A stretch of 58,236 bases of DNA, from NCBI GenBank assembly GCA_021791725.1, contig JAJYVZ010000001.1, positions 1-58,236 on the forward strand, in the 5' to 3' direction. Shown piece after piece: positions 1 through 9,438 of this stretch. Within the stretch, counting starts at the first letter, position 1. Every line of letters begins with the position of its first letter. This DNA is from Candidatus Micrarchaeota archaeon. Its GTDB lineage: Archaea > Micrarchaeota > Micrarchaeia > Micrarchaeales > CABMGC01. The notes under the pieces are model-generated. The model did no database searches. It was not told the DNA's origin and saw only the letters and a program-made list of their open reading frames with translations. The position numbers and the translations under genes were made by a program.

Positions 1-74
1 CCGTGCCTCATCAGTTGCGGCTCTATATGTGTGTTCGGTATCTGTGCAGCTTCAGTATTCCTAACAATCTCCAT
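1..74 (-). CDS. Possible 5' end of a hypothetical protein running off the window edge (MEIVRNTEAAQIP...)
   Basis: ATG at 74 with an open frame to the edge, 41 bp downstream of the co-oriented 996-aa ORF, with a similar N-terminus (MEIVR vs METVR). Confidence 0.35.
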   Translation of the reverse strand, partial: MEIVRNTEAAQIPNTHIEPQLMRH

Positions 75-115
75 TCAAATCAATGCATTTGCCAATAAAA
101 ATGAAATGAGTTATG

Positions 116-3106
116 TCATACCCGCATGAGCTTCACTAGAACCTGTGTGTCGTATTCCTGCTCATCGTCTCTTATCCCCTCAAGGAACTGCTTCTCTTCC
201 AGGAGAAGGCGTATGTTTATATTTTCTTCCGGCAGTTGCAACTCTTTTACAAATTCCCCCGGATAACCGGCAGGTTCAGTATAAAACGCCACGTAATCTG
301 CATTCACCAACCTCGCGCCCTTTGCGAGCATGCCGGCGATCTCGCCCTCTCTCTTCCGAGCAACATGTTTGAAATCCGTCCCTCCTTCCATGCTGTCCAC
401 ATAAAGAATTCTCTCCTCTCTGCCTCTTATTGACGCCATTCCAAGAGCCGCCACTGCAACACCATGAACCTTCAATGTTTCCAATTTTGCCTTGAAAGGC
501 GTTTTGATCACAGAGAAATTAACAAGTACAATGCCATTATCTGCCGCATAATTAATCCATCCATCTTCTGACGAATATGGCATTAATGCGCAGCAACCTG
601 TCATTTCGCTGCTTATTTCCATCATGTTGCCTTTGCCTTCAACCGTGTATGCTATCATCCTGCTGCCTACCATTAGCATCTTAGTCCCTAAGGCTTCACG
701 GAAAGCCCATATTACCCCGTTTAAAGCCTCTTTTTCTATTCCGCTTTCTACTTCTTGCGAACCCTTCTCAAATATATCTATGATCTTGATTCCGGCGTTC
801 ATGTCGCCACATGTCTTGAATGCATTATAGGCGGATCGTAATTCCGCCATGTGCGCTTTCCTTACTCCTGCCCACGCTTTCAATGCCCTGCCGAATTCCT
901 TTTCCCCGAAAGCACGCGTTAACTTCTCTCTCATGCCGGCAGTATCGAGGTTTAGTGATCCTTTTATCCCTATTCCTATGACAAGCAAATCTATTGCCTC
1001 TCGTATGCTATCAAACTCAATGGTTTCGCGCAGCGGCAAGGTTGCTATTATCCCTGTATTGGGTTTTTTAAATCCCGTTTCGCGAAGTTCTTTGGTGAAA
1101 TTAACCCCATTTATTCTCGCTGCCACAAGTTTGTTGATATTGCCCGCATTATTAATTATTCTTTCTTTGTTTAATGAGGATAGGAGGAGGAATTTCTGGC
1201 CATAAGTCATGTTTTTTTGCGCGGTTATTCCCAAATTATCCAATATCGTGCCCATTACTGCCTCAGTATCGACATCCTTTAATGCATTTTCAAAATTTTT
1301 GCCTAAATACAAGTATGCTATTGCAGCAAACGCATGTTTATCCGGGTCATCCTGCCCTATTTTAAAATTCTGCTTAATCACGTTAATAAACTCCGCATCT
1401 CCTATGATCATGTTATCTCTCGCTAACGTGAAAAATGATTCTGATGCCTTGAATAGGCGCGCATAATATCTGACTGCCCAAGCGTCACCAGTTTTTCTTG
1501 CGATATCCATCAACCCAAATGAAATGTCTTCTTGCATTTCTGCATCCGCGTATGCATTTAACGCGTTGTTTATTTCCGGCCCGGATTCGGATAAAATATC
1601 CATAATCTTCTGCGGTGATTTCTGGTCCCTGTCTAACAACCTTCTGAAGACAAAATCCCTAAAAACAGGATTTGAAGCGAAGAAAGACCGCTTCTCGAAT
1701 TCGTCTTTCAAGGTAAAGACGTCATGAAGATAATCAATTATGTTTTTCCCGTTCCAACCGGAATTCCAAAAAACAAAGCCAATAATCCTATTAAATTCCT
1801 TTGCCGTCGTTTCGTCATCCAATTTTACTGCAAGAAACTGCGCTGTCTTAAAGGCGTCGTACTCATCGGAACCGCATACAAGTTCGTGAGGCGCCATAAG
1901 CCCCTCGTCACGGTGTTCTAGCAACCTGAATGTACCTAATAACATTTCTTTGAACTGGCCATTCTTAAGTATTTTCAATCTCCTGTTTAATTCATCTGTT
2001 GTCCCGCACGCGGGCTTTAACTCGTTTCCCTGGTTATCCGTATCCCCAATTTTCTGGAAGCGCATGCGTTTCGATATAAAATATGTTTCGTATACGGAAT
2101 TTATTATTATCCGCTCTGCCAGCTCCGGAATTTCTTTATACTCTTTCGCAACATCCATTATGACGTCCTTTGCGTCATTTATAACCCTTGTCGCATCTCC
2201 CGGATCCATCCGGAGCTTTCTCCTGCTGCTGATCATCGCGTCTATCAGATCTAAGACTAAGAACTCCTCGCCCCCAGCGATCTCAGTCGCCTCTTTTATG
2301 AACTCCCGAATCTCTACGATATCTGACAACACCTGTTTAATATCAACGTAGGCTTCATCAGTTCCACTTGCCATAAACAACAGTTTCCGAAATACATGAA
2401 TGCCGGCCCTCTGTGAATCTTTGAATGACGATAGCACGTCCAACGTTTCGATTACTAATTCCTTGTCGCGTACCCTTGAAATAAAACTGCTGATATATGC
2501 GAAGAGCACTTCCCTACTCCATTCATCAAATTTCAGAAACGTGGAGATGAGTGCTTCCTTTACGTCTATGGCTGTTTTGGCGCTCGTTGCCACCTCTTCC
2601 GGACCGATCCTTACCGTACTGAGAAAAAGAAGCCTTACCATATCTCCAGCAAGCGCAGGAACATCGCTGTAGACACGGAAAACCTCAAATATATCCTCCT
2701 TTACGAGTGACAAGGTTTCAGCAGACTTCCTTGCGGATTCCGAATAATTATTCTTCCTCCATAACTGCGCCTTCATTGCGTAAGCCAATTTCTCAGAAGT
2801 TGATATCACCAGCGCCCTCTCCTCCTCCCCATTAAAAGTAGTCGCAAAGTCTTTGATGAAATCGCATATAATATTCAATCCGTTTACCGTATCCCTAAAA
2901 GAATCATATTCTGTATCCCTATACCTTTTGTTTCCAACCTCCTTTAACACTGCCTCCAATATCTCAGGATGCGCTGCTAATTTTCCGGCTATGCTTCTTA
3001 TGTCTGCTGCGGTTCTGCCGTCCCCTCTTGCTTCCACATCCTCAAGTATATTATCAAGAATCCCCTTCCTCTCGAAACCCGCCGCGCTCTTTCTGACCGT
3101 CTCCAT
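116..3106 (-). CDS. Large hypothetical protein (996 aa), helical N-terminal region plus C-terminal alpha/beta domain
   Basis: Long uninterrupted ORF, visibly more AT-rich than neighbouring housekeeping genes; no family recognised. Confidence 0.8.
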   Translation of the reverse strand: METVRKSAAGFERKGILDNILEDVEARGDGRTAADIRSIAGKLAAHPEILEAVLKEVGNKRYRDTEYDSFRDTVNGLNIICDFIKDFATTFNGEEERALVISTSEKLAYAMKAQLWRKNNYSESARKSAETLSLVKEDIFEVFRVYSDVPALAGDMVRLLFLSTVRIGPEEVATSAKTAIDVKEALISTFLKFDEWSREVLFAYISSFISRVRDKELVIETLDVLSSFKDSQRAGIHVFRKLLFMASGTDEAYVDIKQVLSDIVEIREFIKEATEIAGGEEFLVLDLIDAMISSRRKLRMDPGDATRVINDAKDVIMDVAKEYKEIPELAERIIINSVYETYFISKRMRFQKIGDTDNQGNELKPACGTTDELNRRLKILKNGQFKEMLLGTFRLLEHRDEGLMAPHELVCGSDEYDAFKTAQFLAVKLDDETTAKEFNRIIGFVFWNSGWNGKNIIDYLHDVFTLKDEFEKRSFFASNPVFRDFVFRRLLDRDQKSPQKIMDILSESGPEINNALNAYADAEMQEDISFGLMDIARKTGDAWAVRYYARLFKASESFFTLARDNMIIGDAEFINVIKQNFKIGQDDPDKHAFAAIAYLYLGKNFENALKDVDTEAVMGTILDNLGITAQKNMTYGQKFLLLSSLNKERIINNAGNINKLVAARINGVNFTKELRETGFKKPNTGIIATLPLRETIEFDSIREAIDLLVIGIGIKGSLNLDTAGMREKLTRAFGEKEFGRALKAWAGVRKAHMAELRSAYNAFKTCGDMNAGIKIIDIFEKGSQEVESGIEKEALNGVIWAFREALGTKMLMVGSRMIAYTVEGKGNMMEISSEMTGCCALMPYSSEDGWINYAADNGIVLVNFSVIKTPFKAKLETLKVHGVAVAALGMASIRGREERILYVDSMEGGTDFKHVARKREGEIAGMLAKGARLVNADYVAFYTEPAGYPGEFVKELQLPEENINIRLLLEEKQFLEGIRDDEQEYDTQVLVKLMRV

Positions 3107-3177
3107 ATTAATACGTTCGGTTGTCCTGTTTTTAAAAGTTCTCCTGTTTTTGTATAATTCGTCTATTGGCGAAGTCC

Positions 3178-4545
3178 CTATGCCACCGTTACATTCGCGC
3201 CTCTCACGAGCACGCTCGGGGCAACATAAGAGCCTTCCTCGTAATCCCAGGATGACGTCTGCCTTGCGTCTCTTGCCGCATAGTCCACGTTCTCCATCAT
3301 GCGTATCATGTTGTCGCTTATTCTTATGCCGACCATGTTCTCCGTCTTAGTCTGTCTTATCGAGAATTTTATCTCCCCGTTTTCTATATAATAAGCCAGA
3401 TCCCTGGGCACGGTAGAGAAGTCGCCTTTGAGATAGTTGCTGAACCTTGTATACCATGTATTTGTTACCAGTATGCCCTTATCGACCTTGCTTACAAGGC
3501 TCCGCACGTCATCCACTGTCTTCCTGCATTCCACGACTGTCGTGTTCGGCGACGGGAGCACGAGGCCCGCATTTCCCGTGCTCTTTTTCTTGTACTTCAT
3601 CGCCGTTGAATAGTTGTGAAGGTAATTCTCAAGCACGCCGTTGCGGATTATGGGGGTTTTCTGCGTTGGATATCCTTCAGCATCGAAGCGCGAGGAGCCC
3701 ACGAGCTCCGGAGACGCTCCGTCGTCATAGATATTCACGTTCCTATTCGCCACCTGCTTCCCCATCTTGCCCGCAAGATAGCTTCCGGTCTCTACGCTTG
3801 AGATGCATGCCATGCTGTTTATGTTTGACAGGAGGAGCCCAGCCGGCAATTGAAGATATATCACGTCATACGTGCCCTTCTCTATCTTGCCTTCTCTCCC
3901 ATTTCCCATCCTGAACATCTCTCCGGCCTTGGTTCCCATGCCATGCGGCATTATATCGTTCAGCCTTCTAGATACCGCAACGTCCTGGAATGCCGACCTA
4001 TCGTTGTAGATGCGAAGGTTCAGCCTCGCATAAGTAGAGGTTCCAGATGCCTCTGCGCCGTTGCTCGTGGCTAAGAATGTCTTCAGGTGACCTACCTGCA
4101 GCATGCCTGCTACCGCGTTGCCTCTTCCGGCGTCCTCTGCGCCCGATATTGCGTTGCCGGCAATGTCCTCCATTGTGCAGTTTATACATGCTAATATGTT
4201 CCTGTCTGCCAAATCCCTTCCCTTGTATTTGAATGGACCATTGGCCATTCCGTAGTAATCGTCTTTTGGCTTCTGCCTCTCCACCATGCTCCTTGCCCTG
4301 CGTATTCTTTCCTCTATGCCCTTCTTGCTCAGGTCCTCTATGTTGGTGAAGAAATTTCTCTTTCTTGACGATGCGAACATCATGGCGTATATATCCTTCT
4401 TCTCCACTATCGAATCAATCTTGGAATTGGCTATCTTGAGATAGCTCCTTCTCCTGTCGAAGAGCATGACTGCCGCCTCATCAAACCCGCCGGTTATCGC
4501 AGACCTTGCTATCTCCCTTGCCTTGCCTATGCTGTTCTCTTCCAT
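3178..4545 (-). CDS. TldE/PmbA family protein (non-catalytic partner)
   Basis: FDAEGYPTQKTPIIRNGVLENYLH, STGNA and GDFS motifs, no HExxxH; directly follows tldD; start placed at ATG 4545. Confidence 0.88.
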   Translation of the reverse strand: MEENSIGKAREIARSAITGGFDEAAVMLFDRRRSYLKIANSKIDSIVEKKDIYAMMFASSRKRNFFTNIEDLSKKGIEERIRRARSMVERQKPKDDYYGMANGPFKYKGRDLADRNILACINCTMEDIAGNAISGAEDAGRGNAVAGMLQVGHLKTFLATSNGAEASGTSTYARLNLRIYNDRSAFQDVAVSRRLNDIMPHGMGTKAGEMFRMGNGREGKIEKGTYDVIYLQLPAGLLLSNINSMACISSVETGSYLAGKMGKQVANRNVNIYDDGASPELVGSSRFDAEGYPTQKTPIIRNGVLENYLHNYSTAMKYKKKSTGNAGLVLPSPNTTVVECRKTVDDVRSLVSKVDKGILVTNTWYTRFSNYLKGDFSTVPRDLAYYIENGEIKFSIRQTKTENMVGIRISDNMIRMMENVDYAARDARQTSSWDYEEGSYVAPSVLVRGANVTVA

Positions 4546-4549
4546 ATCA

Positions 4550-5947
4550 TCATCCAAAACAGAGCAGCGCATGCGGCCCTCCCATGGTCACAGGCACGCC
4601 CTGCACAGGCTCTCCCTTTCCGCACTCTCCCAGAGTCAATTCAAAATCGCTCCCCAACTCTCTGACCGCATGCCAGAAGTCAAGCGTCTTGGCCTCAAGC
4701 GCGTAGTTCTTCACCGGCGTGCTTATCCTTCCGTTCCTTATGAGGTATGCCTCGTTTCCCTGATACCTTGCGAAACTCCTTGTGTCGTCTATGTTCCATT
4801 CTGTGAAGCTCTTTATGTAAATTCCTTCCTTCGCCACTTCAACGAGCTCTTCCAGGCCAAGCTCTCCGCGCTCAAGGTACGTATTCGACATCCTGACAAG
4901 CGGCTCATTCGAGTACATGTCGCTCCTTGCAGAGCTGTTGCTTCTAATCTTGAGATCATTCGCATATTCCCTGTTCACCAGCAACGCATCCTGCTTTCCG
5001 CCCCTTACTATTACCTTCTTCCTCGCCTTTACTCCCTCATCGTCGTATAAATAGAAACCGTATGAACCTTTTATCGTGGGATCGTCGGCTATTGTAACCT
5101 TCTCGCTGCCTATCTCTATGCCAAGATCTCCAGGACCAAGATAGCTTGTGCCTGCCTGCGCCGCCTCCCTGCCGAATACCCTGTCGGCCTCGCTCGGGTG
5201 GCCTATGCTCTCGTGTACAGCAATTCCGATTATCTCAGGCGAGACTACGACATTCGTTATCCCCGCCAGCTCTGCTTTTGCCAGCGTCTTTCCGGTTTTA
5301 ATGACGTTCCTAAGCGCGCCTGCCTCACTCTCAAGCCTCTCGCATATAGCGCCAGGATCGAAGAGTTCAAGGCCTCCGGTGCCGCCGAACTGCAGCATGC
5401 GCTGCCGCGAATCCCCGCCAGCGCTTACGGTCATTGCCGCGAACGCGCTCACGTAAGGCAGCTCGGCGCCTATGCGCGTACCATCAGAATTAACGAAATA
5501 CGAAGTTGCCTTTCCGGCATCTGCGTACACGCTCCTGTACTTGACGTATCCTATTCCCTTTACCCTCTTGTCTATCTCGAGCAGCGATGACAGTAGCGCC
5601 TCGTCTTCTATGATCTCTTTCTCCCGCACAACATAATCGTCCTGCTCTACCCGTTCCTCCGACATCTCAACTTCCTTGCCGTTGAACTTTATTAATTTAT
5701 CCAGCAATGCGCGTATTTCTGATTCTTCTATCTTATTTGTTGAGAGCGTGTATAGCTTTTTTTCGCTTATTATCCTTATCCTCAAGCCTGTGCTGTCGTT
5801 GAACGCGCCTCCTGTAAGCTCTCCCTGTTCCATGCTGTAAGCGGTAGAATAGCTTCTCTCGAGGTAAGCCTCGGCATACTCGCCCATCCTAGAAGCTAGC
5901 ATAAGCGCGTATTCCGCTATATTCTCGTCGAACTTTGATATCCACAT
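4550..5947 (-). CDS. tldD: TldD family metalloprotease
   Basis: HESIGH zinc motif, YDDEGV, RMSNTY, C-terminal CGKG...V..GGP. Confidence 0.92.
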   Translation of the reverse strand: MWISKFDENIAEYALMLASRMGEYAEAYLERSYSTAYSMEQGELTGGAFNDSTGLRIRIISEKKLYTLSTNKIEESEIRALLDKLIKFNGKEVEMSEERVEQDDYVVREKEIIEDEALLSSLLEIDKRVKGIGYVKYRSVYADAGKATSYFVNSDGTRIGAELPYVSAFAAMTVSAGGDSRQRMLQFGGTGGLELFDPGAICERLESEAGALRNVIKTGKTLAKAELAGITNVVVSPEIIGIAVHESIGHPSEADRVFGREAAQAGTSYLGPGDLGIEIGSEKVTIADDPTIKGSYGFYLYDDEGVKARKKVIVRGGKQDALLVNREYANDLKIRSNSSARSDMYSNEPLVRMSNTYLERGELGLEELVEVAKEGIYIKSFTEWNIDDTRSFARYQGNEAYLIRNGRISTPVKNYALEAKTLDFWHAVRELGSDFELTLGECGKGEPVQGVPVTMGGPHALLCFG

Positions 5948-5954
5948 GGGCAGT

Positions 5955-6257
5955 TCAGCCGAACAGGCTTGCCAGTCCTCCGGCCGCTTCTTCCTCGCTC
6001 TTCTTCGCTTCCTCCTTCTTCTCGGCTTTCGTCTCGCCTCCGCCTGACGGCGCTGCCGCAGCCGGAGCTGCTGCCTGCACGGCCTGAGCGTTCTTTATCA
6101 CTTCCTTTATGTCCACTCCCTTTAGGGATGAGACTATTGCCTTTGCCCTTGCCTGGTCAGGCTGCATTCCTGCAGCTTTCACGACACCTTCGAGGTTTTC
6201 CTCTGTCACTTCCTTGCCCGCCGCGTTTAGCAGAAGAGCAGCGTATATGTATTCCAT
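5955..6257 (-). CDS. rpl12: 50S ribosomal stalk protein P1 (aL12)
   Basis: MEYIYAALLL N-terminus, Ala-rich hinge, acidic tail ending GLASLFG; GGTG SD before ATG 6257. Confidence 0.97.
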   Translation of the reverse strand: MEYIYAALLLNAAGKEVTEENLEGVVKAAGMQPDQARAKAIVSSLKGVDIKEVIKNAQAVQAAAPAAAAPSGGGETKAEKKEEAKKSEEEAAGGLASLFG

Positions 6258-6290
6258 AGTTTTCACCTTTAAGCATATAATTTCAAGCCT

Positions 6291-7163
6291 CTACCTGACC
6301 TGCGCATCGCCCTCTTGCCTATCCTCTTCCTCCGGAACCCTGCTCTTCAGCGACACCGCCTCCAAGAATGCCTGTGCAAGCAGTCTCTCAGATATCGTGG
6401 GCTCATAGATCTTTGCTGACAGGCCAAGCGCAAGCGCGGACGTATAAGCCTTTGCAAGAAGCCTCTCGACGTTGTAATGCGTCACGTATCCAATCTGCAT
6501 TGTCATGCTGTCGGCTGCCCTGAACGCTGAGGCAATCTCGCTCGAGACTATCTCGTACGTTATTCCAAGCACATCCTCTGTATAGACAAGCCCGCCGCTC
6601 ACGGCAACGCACATCCTCGGGCTGACCTCAAACGGCATGACGTTCAGCGTCTTCAGCGCCTTTGAGACAGGCGAGGCTATCTTCGTGCCCTTTGGCACTA
6701 GCACCTTTGTCTTCGATATAACAACCTTTCCCTTGTCTATCTTTACGTCTATTCCAGCAGCCTTCAGCTCTGTCACTGCCTGTCCCGGAGGGATCGACGT
6801 CTCACCCTCCTCTATCATTATGTCGCTTGGGGCTATCTGGTTGGGCTTTGCGAAGAGCTTAAGCCTGTTTGCGCTTATCTGCCTGTAAAGCGCAAAAGGG
6901 TCTTCGTCCTTTGACATTACCAAGGCTACGTTGCCTTCCACGTACTTCATAAGGAGCGAGGCCTGCTTGTCCTTTTCTATGATCTTCCTCAGCAGGTTGT
7001 TCCTTGTAACAATGACGCGCGCGCCAGGCTTCAACTGATTCCTGACCTTCTGGAACAGCGTATCTGGCGTGGCGCTCAACGGTATTATCGCGAAGAGCTT
7101 GTAGTTTTTAATATCCTTACTTACTTCCTCGACGAACGCCATCTTGTCTTTCTTAAGCATCAT
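6291..7163 (-). CDS. rplP0: 50S ribosomal protein uL10/P0
   Basis: AKPNQIAPSDI..GET..PPG motif; position between rpl1 and rpl12. Confidence 0.95.
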   Translation of the reverse strand: MMLKKDKMAFVEEVSKDIKNYKLFAIIPLSATPDTLFQKVRNQLKPGARVIVTRNNLLRKIIEKDKQASLLMKYVEGNVALVMSKDEDPFALYRQISANRLKLFAKPNQIAPSDIMIEEGETSIPPGQAVTELKAAGIDVKIDKGKVVISKTKVLVPKGTKIASPVSKALKTLNVMPFEVSPRMCVAVSGGLVYTEDVLGITYEIVSSEIASAFRAADSMTMQIGYVTHYNVERLLAKAYTSALALGLSAKIYEPTISERLLAQAFLEAVSLKSRVPEEEDRQEGDAQVR

Positions 7164-7170
7164 AGCATCA

Positions 7171-7803
7171 CTACATTATCCTCAAGGGCTTGCTCATCGT
7201 GAACTTCACGTAAACCGACCGTATCCTGTTGTTCCCTACTTTCTTCGATACGCTGCCCACTATTTCCTTCACGTTCTCGTATATCTTGTCCGCATCCATG
7301 TCCTCTGCGCCTATGACGCAGTGCACCGTAGGCAGGAACTTGCCCTTGTTCTTCAGCTCCACGCTCCTGCTCATCTGATTCGCTATCTCCTCCATGTTCA
7401 CATTTCCGAGCAGCGGCTTTGGCATCTTGCCCCTGGGACCAAGAAACTGGCCAAGGAACTTTGCTATGTTAGGCATCAGGCTGGGCTGTGCCAGCAGATC
7501 ATAGTTAAGAAGCGAGTTCAACCTAACCTTGTCCTTAGATATCGCGTCAAGCTCCTCGCCGTTTATCACGCTGATCTTGCTCCGCTCTGCCTTGGCTATC
7601 AAGTCCTTGTCTGTCGCGAATACGGTTAGCTTGTTTGCCTTCCCCCTGCCATGCGGCAACAGTATGCTCATGTTCAGCCTGTTGTCCTGCTTGGTGAAGT
7701 CTATGCCCCTGAAATTTATCGCAAGCTCCACCGTCTGCCTGAACTTCCTACTGCCCTTGTTCTCGGCAACGTACTTTCTGAATCCTTCCAAATCTTCTTC
7801 CAT
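7171..7803 (-). CDS. rpl1: 50S ribosomal protein uL1
   Basis: RKFRQTVELAINF, LPHGRG, LGPRGKMP, VYVKFTM motifs; GGAGG SD before ATG 7803. Confidence 0.96.
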   Translation of the reverse strand: MEEDLEGFRKYVAENKGSRKFRQTVELAINFRGIDFTKQDNRLNMSILLPHGRGKANKLTVFATDKDLIAKAERSKISVINGEELDAISKDKVRLNSLLNYDLLAQPSLMPNIAKFLGQFLGPRGKMPKPLLGNVNMEEIANQMSRSVELKNKGKFLPTVHCVIGAEDMDADKIYENVKEIVGSVSKKVGNNRIRSVYVKFTMSKPLRIM

Positions 7804-7897
7804 CCTAATCCCTCCTGCAATGTGCAGTGCTTGCGGGAAAATAAGCAACTAACTCTCCATAAATAAGTATATAAACGTTCCTCCCATATTTCTTTAA

Positions 7898-8078
7898 GAC
7901 CGTGAGCGGGAAATCCCACACCCTCTTCAGAGAGTTCCCTTCAGGGGTGGGATGAAGTAAAGCTGTTGAAAACAATGCCAGGAAGAACTGAGAACCGATA
8001 AAACACATCCTTTGCGGGATGCAGTGATTGCATGAACGCAGAGGAAGCCCACACCGTTTACGGGTGGGAGAATGTCAC
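7898..8078 (+). mobile_element. Non-autonomous IS200/IS605-family mini-element (no tnpA or tnpB ORF), omegaRNA-like 3' half
   Basis: Preceded by TTTAA (7893-7897); left hairpin ATCCCAC...GTGGGAT; right end GAAGCCCACACCGTTTACGGGTGGGAGAATGTCAC ending in TCAC. Confidence 0.8.
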
Positions 8079-8126
8079 GAAAAGGATAAATAACCAAGCC
8101 GTCAACATTTAAAGCAAAACGGTGTT

Positions 8127-8660
8127 TTGCGTACGGAACGTGTAATGATCTTCATAGATGGCAGCAATTTCTACTACGGGCTTAAGGCAGAAGCTGGCAA
8201 GACCGAACTAGACCTTGAAAAATTCGGGCGGACTTTATGCACCGACCGAAGACAGCTCACACGAATTTATTACTACAATGCCCCATTGGATCAGAACCAG
8301 AATCCAGAAAGATACAAGAGCCAGCAAAAATGGTTTGATAAAGTAAGAAACACGCCAAATACCACCCTTGTTCTGGCAAAAATGAAGAAGAGGCACAACA
8401 AAGACGGGAAGATGGAATACTACGTAAAAGGAGACGACATACACATAGCCGTTGACATGCTAAAACTTGCATATAACGATGCTTATGACACGGCGATATT
8501 GGTAAGCGGTGACGGAGATTTTTACCCTGCAATAAGGGCTGTCAAAGAAAAGGGCAAGAAAGTTGAAAACGCTTATTTTGCATCGAATAGGTCTTCGCTT
8601 CTTGGTCAGGAATGCGACAGAAGTGTGAATATAATACAATTCATAAAAGACTGTTTCTGA
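8127..8660 (+). CDS. NYN-domain (LabA/DUF88, PIN-like fold) ribonuclease
   Basis: IFIDGSN, RIYYY, KGDDIHIAVDM, AILVSGDGDF, GKKVE motifs with acidic catalytic residues intact. Confidence 0.93.
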   Translation: MRTERVMIFIDGSNFYYGLKAEAGKTELDLEKFGRTLCTDRRQLTRIYYYNAPLDQNQNPERYKSQQKWFDKVRNTPNTTLVLAKMKKRHNKDGKMEYYVKGDDIHIAVDMLKLAYNDAYDTAILVSGDGDFYPAIRAVKEKGKKVENAYFASNRSSLLGQECDRSVNIIQFIKDCF

Positions 8661-8664
8661 CCAA

Positions 8665-8708
8665 ATAAAAAGGCCTAACGTTGGCGAACCAACGATAGGG
8701 AACATATA
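8665..8708 (-). ncRNA. Candidate small RNA (~45 nt): UUCG-capped hairpin followed by oligo-U, convergent on the NYN gene
   Basis: Minus strand CCUAUCGUUGG-UUCG-CCAACGUUAGG-CCUUUUU, with TATA box TTTAAATA about 25 nt upstream. Confidence 0.4.
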
Positions 8709-8737
8709 ATATCATTATGATATACAAGATATTTAAA
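8709..8737 (-). promoter_or_regulatory. TATA box (8730-8737) plus perfect palindrome ATATCAT-N-ATGATAT (8709-8723)
   Basis: Read directly from the sequence; function inferred. Confidence 0.45.
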
Positions 8738-8842
8738 CCTTATCTCTCCCGGGAGATTGGGACAAACGTCTTCATTGCCTCCCTGCCAAAATTCTTGCAC
8801 AACTTATAAATATAGATACTTCCAATTTAAATTTTAGATTGA

Positions 8843-9424
8843 GTGGAATCAAGGGAATTCAAGGAACTGGCAAGGAAAAATTCGAGGCCCGCCGACTCAA
8901 ACGAGGCATCCGGCGCGCCAGAGACGATAAGCTACAACATATGCGTACTGATCGATAACGACAAACTTCTCCTAAAATTCGCGAACAGGGGCATAAGCAA
9001 GGGGAAATGGAACTTTCCAGGAGGCCACGTAGAGGAAGGGGAGACGCTTGAGGAAAGCGTGATAAGGGAGATAAGGGAAGAGACCGGGCTTGTGCTTGAA
9101 CAAGAAAGTCTTTTCTATCACGGCAAGATAGACAAGACCATCAATTCGGACAACACCCTCCACAGGATCCACGTATTCTCTTCGAGATCCTTCACCGGCA
9201 GAATAAGGGATTCAGAAGAGGGCGCGCTGATGTGGTTTGATAAGAAATCATTGCCGGAAGGCGAGATGTGGAAGGACGCGAAGCTGTGGATCGACCATAT
9301 ATACAAATCTAGAAAATTCGATGTCGATATAGCGCAGGACAATTACGATGACAGCACAGTTAAGAGTAGCCATGTCAGGGTAAACGTGCCAATTGCCGAA
9401 AAGAAGAAAAAGATCCGAAATTGA
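8843..9424 (+). CDS. NUDIX hydrolase (MutT/8-oxo-dGTPase-like)
   Basis: Nudix box GGHVEEGETLEESVIREIREETGL; SEEG..WF...LP...MW.D. Confidence 0.92.
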   Translation: MESREFKELARKNSRPADSNEASGAPETISYNICVLIDNDKLLLKFANRGISKGKWNFPGGHVEEGETLEESVIREIREETGLVLEQESLFYHGKIDKTINSDNTLHRIHVFSSRSFTGRIRDSEEGALMWFDKKSLPEGEMWKDAKLWIDHIYKSRKFDVDIAQDNYDDSTVKSSHVRVNVPIAEKKKKIRN

Positions 9425-9438
9425 GCCGCACACCGAAC

